Shown here one piece after another: positions 47,687 to 64,000 of a stretch of 64,000 nucleotides of DNA (its first letter is position 1; every line of letters begins with the position of its first letter). Made by a program: the position numbers and the translations under genes. The notes under the pieces are model-generated. The model was given only the letters and a program-made list of their open reading frames with translations. It searched no databases and was not told the origin of the DNA. The DNA comes from Amoebidium appalachense (taxonomy: Eukaryota; Protista; Ichthyosporea), in the NCBI GenBank assembly GCA_963693365.1, contig CAVNZM010000004.1, positions 9,638,468 through 9,702,467 of the forward strand, written 5' to 3'.

Positions 47687-49175
47687 TTTTGCCTACTAGT
47701 AGGATGATATGGCATGTTTTTTTCGAAAAACTTTGAAACGTTGTTTTTGCTTGCCAGCTGTTAGTAGTCACTTGAGCCTTATCGTGGGGCTTATGAATTC
47801 TCAGTGCTTAACGGCATTTATAGTACTGCTATTAATCACTGATATTGGCTACACTTTTTAATAACTGTTAACGACATAGTCGATTACTCAACTGTAACCG
47901 TTGCTGTGTATAGTCCTAGACTAAGTATAACGTGGTTTCTTTTTCCCCCAAAAATTTACAACTACATATAATTTAAATAATTAGTCAGCGGCAAACTTTA
48001 TATCTTAGTCAAAAAGCATAGAAACGTAATATTCCCTCTGCCACGAGTTTTCATGTTTTTGCAGCATGCAAACTACTTTCCGTAACAAGCACTTCTGAAA
48101 GTCACGACCGTCTCGGACCTATTAGGTAAAGCGTGCACAATAACTTTGTATACTCAGTGACTACTGGGTTGGGGTCGAAACATTAGCTTTAGTAAACTCG
48201 TTTCCAATGATTGGCTTGGCACTACATACGCGTGACCACTTACGTGCCACAAGGCCGGGAGATTCCAAACCCCGGTGGCCCACCGTATTTAGTTCCTTTG
48301 GCTAATTTTTCTTTCCTAAGCCTTGTACTTCCATAGTTTGCAATAATACTTAAAAGTTCCGTAGATCATGTCACGGTGGGGGCACCGTTTCGTATATTTT
48401 AATTTCGTTTTTCCTATATTATGAATAGGGTAGAAGGCAGCAGGTCACGAGGCGGCGAATATGGCATGTTGTGCTAATACATCAAAGTTTGTGTACATTA
48501 ATTGTGCTCAAATTCGGACACGGTCTTAGTGTAGCGCTTACTAATCGTACTAAGGTTTTTGAGTTCATTGAATCCACTGCAATCGGATCAGGTTGGGACT
48601 GATGACCGTAAGGGATTCTTGATTTTGAAACGGGGAGGGGGGTAGTAGCTAAGTTGGGGGGGGGGGGGGACCCACCACCCACCCCATAGGCTGCATTGCA
48701 TTATATGGCTATACCAGATAACTGATCATATAATTGTATTTTAAACCGTAATAACATTGAGGCTAACTAATAGAAGTCACTATTCAAGTTGATCACCTGA
48801 AACTCAGGCTATGTCGTACAGTAAGATCATACTACCCCCCCCCCCCCCCCCCCCCCGCCCGGTCCCCCCTGTCCCCCCCCCCCCCCCCCCCTTCCTCCCC
48901 CTCCCCGCCCCCCTCTCCCACTCGTCTCCAGTCGCCCCGCCGCGCACACACAGCCTGGCACACACTTTTACGTATTCAACTCACACGTACCTGCACACGC
49001 ATGTACCACACACGGACACGAGGACACAAACTTTGACCAGCGATGAGCATCCAACATGAACACAGTGCAGATACACTTACCGGCGGCCACACCACACACA
49101 CATACACACACGAACACTGCATATTGAGCCGGATAACATTGCCCACAATACTGACTTAATAATAGTTGACCGTTC

Positions 49176-49224
<49 letters not shown>

Positions 49225-49262
49225 ATGTGTGTTCGTGTCGGTGTTTGTGTGTGTGTGTGTGC

Positions 49263-49385
<123 letters not shown>

Positions 49386-49789
49386 CATGCCCATGTGCAC
49401 ACGCATTTACTTGTGTGGTAAACGAGCAGGATGAGGGAGGGGGGGGGAGGTGAGTGTTCAATGATTAGGGGCCGGGGGGGGGGGGGGGGGGGAGCCTCAG
49501 GGGGAGGGGGGGGGGGGGGGGGGGGGGAGTCGGGTCGTTCAACCAAAATGTTATGGAGCATTTTATAGTACACATTTGCCCTGGGCAACACAAAGTAGAC
49601 CTTGAAAGAACACACAATGAGTGACACTGTGCATCCGGAAGAAGAAGGGCACCCGCAGTAAGGGGTGGTAAATGTGTGTGTGTGTGTGCGCGTGTGTTCA
49701 AGTTGTGTGTGCATGTCACGGTTTGTGTGTGTGGGTGGATGGGTGGGTGGGTGGGTGGGTGGGTGTGTTTGGTGTGAGTGTGACTCTCT

Positions 49790-49887
<98 letters not shown>

Positions 49888-50399
49888 CAGTCTGCGCATG
49901 TGGTGCTTGTGTGGTGCTTGTGTGTGTATGTGCACGTGGGGGGAGGGGAGGGAGGGGGGGGGAGAGGGGGGGGGGGGGGAGCACCGTGACGGGGAAGAAG
50001 GAGGGGGGGGGGGATGTGCATCAGGGGCCAAAACGGGAACAATTCCTCCAAAAAAAAGAAATAAGTATCGACTACATGTACAAAGTTTGTGGATAGAAAA
50101 GACCCACCACCCCACCCACAAGGCCCTGCGGCTACCTTGGGGAGGGGGGGGGGGGGGGGGGGGGGGGGGGTACCACCAGGGCGGACGTCGATGTTCACTA
50201 CTTCCCCCCCCCCAACATTTCAAAGTCAAAAATCCCTAATGGGGCAGATTTTTTTTTTTGAAATATGAACCTAAGACGCAGAAAAACCTCTTGTTTGAAA
50301 ACTAGTTTTGCTTGCTCTGCTGCCACCGGTTTCAAGTGTTCAACATGCTGCCAGAATAGTTCTGATACGTACACGGACTCCGAGGGGGGGGGGAGGGGG

Positions 50400-50431
<32 letters not shown>

Positions 50432-50584
50432 AGGGGGGGGGGGGGGGGGGGCATGTGCACGTGACCACTCACGTTTGTGGGTGTGCGCACACACATACAC
50501 ACATACACATACACACACTAGTTTCCCCCTCCTCCTGCCTCCGCCCTGGGGGCGCGGTGGCCCACCCATGGTCGCAGCTCCGAG

Positions 50585-50622
<38 letters not shown>

Positions 50623-50974
50623 CCCAAAAAAAAAACCAAAAAAAAAAAAACACTGCACCTTTCATAAATCGGGCGTTTCAGTATGAGTCGCCAGCCGAAA
50701 TCGAAGTTCGAGGCATGAGGGAGCAGTTGGAACACGAGCCGATAGGCGAGTGTTCTAACCGTCCTGAGTGACTCGAACGAGATGAGGCGCACGCTACCGG
50801 CATTAAGGGCAGGTGGGGTGGCCTGTTCGTGGTGGTGATGGTGTGGTTGGGCAGGTCGGTGGGTGGGTGGGTGGGTGGGTGGGTCACGGGGGTGGGTGCC
50901 ACGTTGTGTGTGTGTGGGAGGGGGGTGGGGGGGGGGGGGTGGGGGGGGGGGGGGGGGGGGGGGGGGGGGAGGGT

Positions 50975-56960
<5,986 letters not shown>

Positions 56961-57782
56961 GGAGGGGAGGGGGGGGGGGGGGAAGAGAGGTGGGGAGAAG
57001 GGGGAGGGGAGGGGGGGGGGGGGGGTGGTTGCAGGGGGGTTGGGGGGTGGGGAGGGGGAGGGGGGAGGGAGGGATATGGGGGGGATATGTGGTTGTGATA
57101 CATGTGTGCTGAAGTGCGAAAAGCCTTTGAAGGGCAGCGGCGATTAAATCACTACGTATAGGGAAGAAGGGTGGATGATGGTGAAGTGTTGTGCAGGGTG
57201 TGGTGGGATGGGAAAGTGTGTGTGCATGCATCCCACATATATCATAGTATGATGTGGTGTGGTGGCCTAAAAAATATATGGAGATTTGGTCATTACATGG
57301 CAATGATCCAGGTTTCAACACAACAACTCTGACTAAGGCAGTATGGTGAGAGGGGAGGGGGAGGGGGCAGGGGGGAGGGGGTGGGGGGAGGAGGGCAGGG
57401 GAGAGGGGAGGGGGGAGAGGGAAGGTGGAATGTCTATATGGGCAGCCCCGTCTAGGGTGCATGAAAAGCCGGTCTCTCTGCTATGAGCAACGAGCACTCT
57501 TCCCGATTTTATACCCCTAGCATACTGAACTAGGGGTTGGAGTAGGTGCTTGCATGGGTTAAGGGTCGTAAGGAGGTGCGTTGAGGAAGGGAGTGGGCCA
57601 GGTGGGGGCAGGTGCAGGGAGGGCGGGGGAGCGGGGGGGGGAGGGGGGGGGGGGGGGGGGGGGGGGATACACCTGAAACCTATTTTTGCAACACTAACCT
57701 CCAGGCCATGTCGTGCCAGATTGTTCAAATCCCATGTGCATGTCATGTAGGTGGGAGGGCACGGAGTGGCATACTGTAACCA

Positions 57783-58100
57783 GTATTTGCTCCGTATATA
57801 TTCCTGAATATTCTGCGGGTGTTCCGTAAATACTCTGGAAATCATGTGTAGGCATTCCGTGGGTACTCCGGAAATGGTCCGTGAATATTCCGTGAATATG
57901 TTGTGGGTGTTTTATAAATATTCCATGGGTATTAAGTGAATGGCGACATTCAGTGGGCATTCCGTGAATGTTTCGTGGGTATTCTGTGAATATTTTTTGG
58001 ATGATTTTATGGACATTCGAATTCCGTCACGAATATCTGTGCAAATGGGCATTCCATGCGTATTCCGTGATTATTCCGTGGGTATTCCGTAGATATTATT
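57783..58100. repeat. Degenerate minisatellite of about 11 bp (TATTCCGTGGG/TATTCCGTGAA), array 1
   Basis: Repeated attccgtgggt and attccgtgaat. Confidence 0.75.
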
Positions 58101-58758
58101 TAGATACACAGAGGCTATTCATCAGTGTGAATGAATACAAACTCTATAATATGAAGAATGTGGGGTTAGCCGAGCTGCAATGTTTCTGGAATCAAATGCA
58201 AAACTTATCTAGAGACGAAAGTCAAAGCCCTTTAAGGGTTAAAAAAAAACCGAGAGATATGTTTGAAGTTGCGCCCGACATTTGTTGCACGCGCAAAAAT
58301 AATCGTGACACGATCATTTCCAACCAGTGAGACAATCATTTCATTTTTATGAATTAACTATTTAAATAATTAAGTTATCATGTAGACCTATTGAAAACTC
58401 CGATTCCATATGCGCTACGTGTTGGGTGGTGGTGGTAAGGGCCTAGGAACATGTACGTAAGATGGGGGGAAGGGTGGGCGGCGGTTGGGTGGTGGGTGGG
58501 TGGATGGGTGGGTGGGTGGGGTGGTGGGGGTGGGAATGAAGAGAAAAAGGAGAAGAGGAACAGGCCCATGATGTTGGGGGGGGGGGGGGGGGGGGGATTA
58601 GTAAAGAGAGGGAGGGGATGTGGTGAAGAAGTTTTTTTTTTTATTTTGGGGGGGGGGCCGGGGGGGGGGAGGGGGGGGGGTTAGGAAAGGGAGGGAGGGG
58701 ATGTGGGCAATGAATTTTTATTTATTTATTTATTTATTTTTATTTTTATTTTTATTTT

Positions 58759-58792
<34 letters not shown>

Positions 58793-59099
58793 GGAAGAGG
58801 GGGCACGAGGGGTGAGAGAAAGCTAAGACAAGCTAGCAAGTGGTGTGATTGGGGAGCAACTTGCTATTATCCACCGGTGCCCTCCATCAAGCAACCACCT
58901 CTTGCAACTGCTGCACACTGTGTTTCTTCCTTCCTTTGCTCGGTTTTGTGTCATGTAAGGCCTTAGCCCCCCCCCTCCACCCCCCTTCCTCCTCCCCGCC
59001 CTCCTCCATTTCCCTTAATACCTCCAAAACAAAAAAAGGGGAGAGGAAAAAAAGAAACATGTAAAACACTTACGGACATACACATATGTGTACACATGT

Positions 59100-59135
<36 letters not shown>

Positions 59136-59536
59136 CACGCGCGGACACCCCCGCCCTCCTCCCCCCTCTCCCCCCCCCCCCCCCACCACCACACACACAC
59201 ACACACACACACACACTGTACACACATACACATACACAACACAAATACACACACACACACACACTCTCTCTCTCTTTACTGCACTCATAAGTCATCCCCC
59301 CCCCCCCCCCCCCCCCCCCCCCCGCACACATATGTGCTGCACCATTTGAATCAAAGTTCCATTTTCTGACTTCTCTATTTGAGGCTGTGGTCCAACTTTA
59401 GTGGGTGGGTGGTTTGTGCCTGTTTATCAACAGAGGGTGGGTGGGTGGGGTTGGGGGGGGGGGGGGGAAGGGGGGAGGGGGGAGAGATAAGAATGTGTGT
59501 GGGGAGGGGGAAACGTGAGCATATGTGCATGAGTGC

Positions 59537-59628
<92 letters not shown>

Positions 59629-60729
59629 TCACAGTGCGCGCGCGCACGCGCACGCGCGTGCTTGTGGGTACAAACGAAACCATCAATATAGCCTAGGTGT
59701 GGGGTTGGGGAGATGGAAAGCATTTGCACATGGAATAAAATCACATATGTAGTTTGTCGTTCTTTTTCTTCTCTTGCCCTGCGGAGGAAGAGGGTGGGGG
59801 GGGGGGGGGGGGGTCCGCTTATTTGGATGGGGAAGGGTGGATTTGCCCTTTGTGAAGGGGGGCAGTCCTCTGGGTGGTGGGGGAAAAGGAGGGGAAGGCC
59901 CCGTCCGGGGGGCGGGGGGGGGGGGGGGGGGGGGGGATCGAGGGGGGAGGTGGGGGGAAGAGGGTCCTGCCGGCGTGGCTGGGGTAGTCACCCCTGGGCA
60001 AAGTGTGTACTTATAGTTAGGTTTGTGAAGGATGGTTTAGCTTAGCTGAACTCATAGATAGCACCCTAACTAGTGTACTGTCGGTGCTGTGTGATAGACG
60101 GTAGTTTCCCTAGAGGGCCTGTAATGGCCCTCCGGGAACAAAACGTGATAAAATAAAAAATAAAAAAATAAAAAAATAAAAAAAAGTTGGGGGAAGAGGG
60201 GGGGGGGGGGGGGGGGGGGGGAGTATTCCTTTATCTTCCTCTTCCCCTCCTTATGGGGAAGGGGGGAGGGTAGGGAGGGGGAGGGGGAGGGGGAGGAGGG
60301 GAAAGGCCTAGGAGGGAGAGAGAAAGGTAGGGGAAGGGGGGCTTCTAGGGGAGGGGGACGAAGTGGAGAGGGGAGGGATTCCGGGAGGTACTAGACGAGA
60401 GACAGAGTTGGCACATCGCATGGCTAGGCTCGCTCGGGGGGAGGGGGAGGAGAGGGGGGTTGGGGAAGGAGGGTGGTGGGGGGGGGAGGGAGGGGGGCGG
60501 AGGGGATGTTCATAGGTGGACACACCTGAAACCCGCTTTAAGACACCCACCACCAGGCTATGTCGTGTCAAACTGTCAAATCCCATAAGCATTGGCGTAT
60601 AGGTGGGTGGGTAGTGCAAAGAGACGGTCTCATACTGGAACTTGCTCGAATGTTCCAACGTTTTAATAGTTGCTCTTGTGTGTGTTCAGTAGGTGGTGTG
60701 CATGCCGTTGCAGTAGCTATGTGTACTAC

Positions 60730-61200
60730 CCTGTGGGTATTCCGTGGACATTATGTGGCTATTGGTATTCTGTGTTATACGATGGGTATTATGTGATATT
60801 CAGTGGGTAGCATGTGAGTATTTCGTGGATATTGTGAGGGTATTCTGTGTTATTCCGTGGGTATAATGTGTTATTCAGTGGGTGGTATGTGGGTATTCCG
60901 TGGATAATATGTGAGGCTCCGTGGATATATGTGGGCATTTGGGTGGGCGATTTGTGGGTATTATGTGGGTATTCAGAGGGTAAAATTGTTTGAAGCTGTG
61001 TGTGTATGATATGGGTAATATTTGGGTATTCCGGGAATATCATAAGTCACGTGGGTATATGTGGGTATTCTCCGGGTGATTGTAGGTATTCAGTGGGTAA
61101 CATGTACGTGTGGGAAGCTATGTCACAGTGTCTAATTTGTGGGTTTTGTGTGGAGACACCATGGGTATTAAGTGGGTATTATGAAAGTATTTGGGGAATT
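60730..61200. repeat. Degenerate minisatellite of about 11 bp (TATTCCGTGGG), array 2
   Basis: Repeated gtgggtatt and attccgtgg; preceded by a block (about 60520-60620) homologous to about 57668-57760. Confidence 0.72.
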
Positions 61201-62578
61201 TATTGACATAGAATGTGTTCTCTGGAGTACGTAGACTCCGTTGTGTTAGATAGCTTCCGATTGGCTCTCCGCTCTCGTTTAGCACCCCTTTTTTGGGTTT
61301 GCAGGGGTAGGCTAAATTTAAGATTTTCCGAAATTAACATTCTAGCGCTAGAAAATTAGAAAATATAAGATTCTAGTGTTCTAGCCCCAGAACATATATG
61401 AAAATTACGACTTTCTCCTTTTTTCTGTGTGGGCTAGGGGGTCTGGGAATAACATTCCAGCTGGCTCGAGCCAAAATTCATGTAATTTTAAATTCGGAAT
61501 ACCCCTGTAGTCCAGGGAGCCAATCAGAAAAAGGTTGGGGCTGTCATTTGGCTTCGGCCACATCACGATCTTGCCCCCCGCCCATGTACATACATGCCAC
61601 GCATTCTCCTAGTAAATCCATCATGCCAAACAACTTAATCGATACTAAGAGTAGCTATCTATAGCTGTTCTCTTTTCTCCCCGGTCAACATCCATAGACA
61701 AACCATGGTTGCTAAGAGTTTATTTTCGTAATGCTATTGGCTAGCAATGATAGCCTTGTTTTTGCACTTATAACGCAAAATTTTAACCCAGGGAAGGGGT
61801 TTTCACCACGGACTTACAGATTATTATGGTTTTCCCTCCCGGCCACAGGCAAAAGGACCATTTAGGAGGCACACAAGGGCACACAAGGGGACAAGTGTCG
61901 ACAAAGTGTGTGTTATGTTGGAAACTATGCGTGTGTTCCGTGGGTAGTATGTGTGTATATTATTTGTGCAGGGGGGGTATTGTGTGTGCATACGATACAG
62001 TGTCATCGGCATGAATGGATGGCTCACGCGTGTGTTTAGTATGTATCAGTCAGGATGTATGTATCTGAGTATGAATGGTGCCAGACACTGTTCAATGAAA
62101 CCGTGGTGCAACTAATATGAATATACTCAGAGTGGGTCTTGTATTCACCAAAAGGAGCCCTGCCTCAAGGGTGCAATCATTGGGGTTTTCTGACGCAGTC
62201 GATCAGGGCGAATGGCCCATATAAAACCATCAGGCTACACTAATTTAATCAGACCAAGAAAGTAGACAATGGTATAACTTTCAAGAGTTATCATTAAGAT
62301 GCAATTGATCATGAATAGGAAGCAGTAGCCTACGTGTAACTTTCGTGCAATAATATCAATGAGCCGGAACGTGTTACGTTTGAGAGTGATCATGTAGCTT
62401 CGACTCCTGCAACAGGCACAACCCATTCAAGCAAACACCAAACCACTATTATTCATAATCATTCCACATTCCATATGCTAAATGGAACTTCAGGTATTTC
62501 TTGTCACACAACCATGCAACCCATACCGCTATACATACACCAAGGCATATTCACTCATCTTCATATCCCAATCCGAGC

Positions 62579-64000
<1,422 letters not shown>

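Overview
Eukaryotic genomic DNA from an intron-rich, microsatellite-saturated genome: (CA/TG)n, (GA/TC)n and long poly-C, poly-G and poly-A tracts. Almost all of the ORF track (HTHT, CVCV, PPPP) is microsatellite noise. The lineage cannot be read from the sequence; a unicellular eukaryote such as a holozoan protist is only a guess. Three spliced genes were reconstructed by hand with GT-AG introns and consistent phases: a 5-exon YciI-family gene with a mitochondrial-type presequence (930-5942 +), a 22-exon, 803-aa RecQ helicase most like plant RecQsim and ending in an RPA32-C-like winged helix (20642-39245 +), and the 3' part of a GPR1/FUN34/YaaH (SatP) transporter (62579 to beyond 64000, -). 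Also present: an intronless GATA-type factor with an atypical CX5C-X17-CX2H finger, a 5'-truncated non-LTR retrotransposon with an intact RT ORF, two disrupted intronless orphan genes (a Cys-hairpin protein and a 16-aa-repeat membrane protein), several MITEs, a foldback palindrome and degenerate large repeats at 51-61 kb. The most interesting signal is splicing architecture: donors lacking +5G are usually followed at once by a poly-C tract, and several acceptors sit directly after (CA)n with no polypyrimidine tract.
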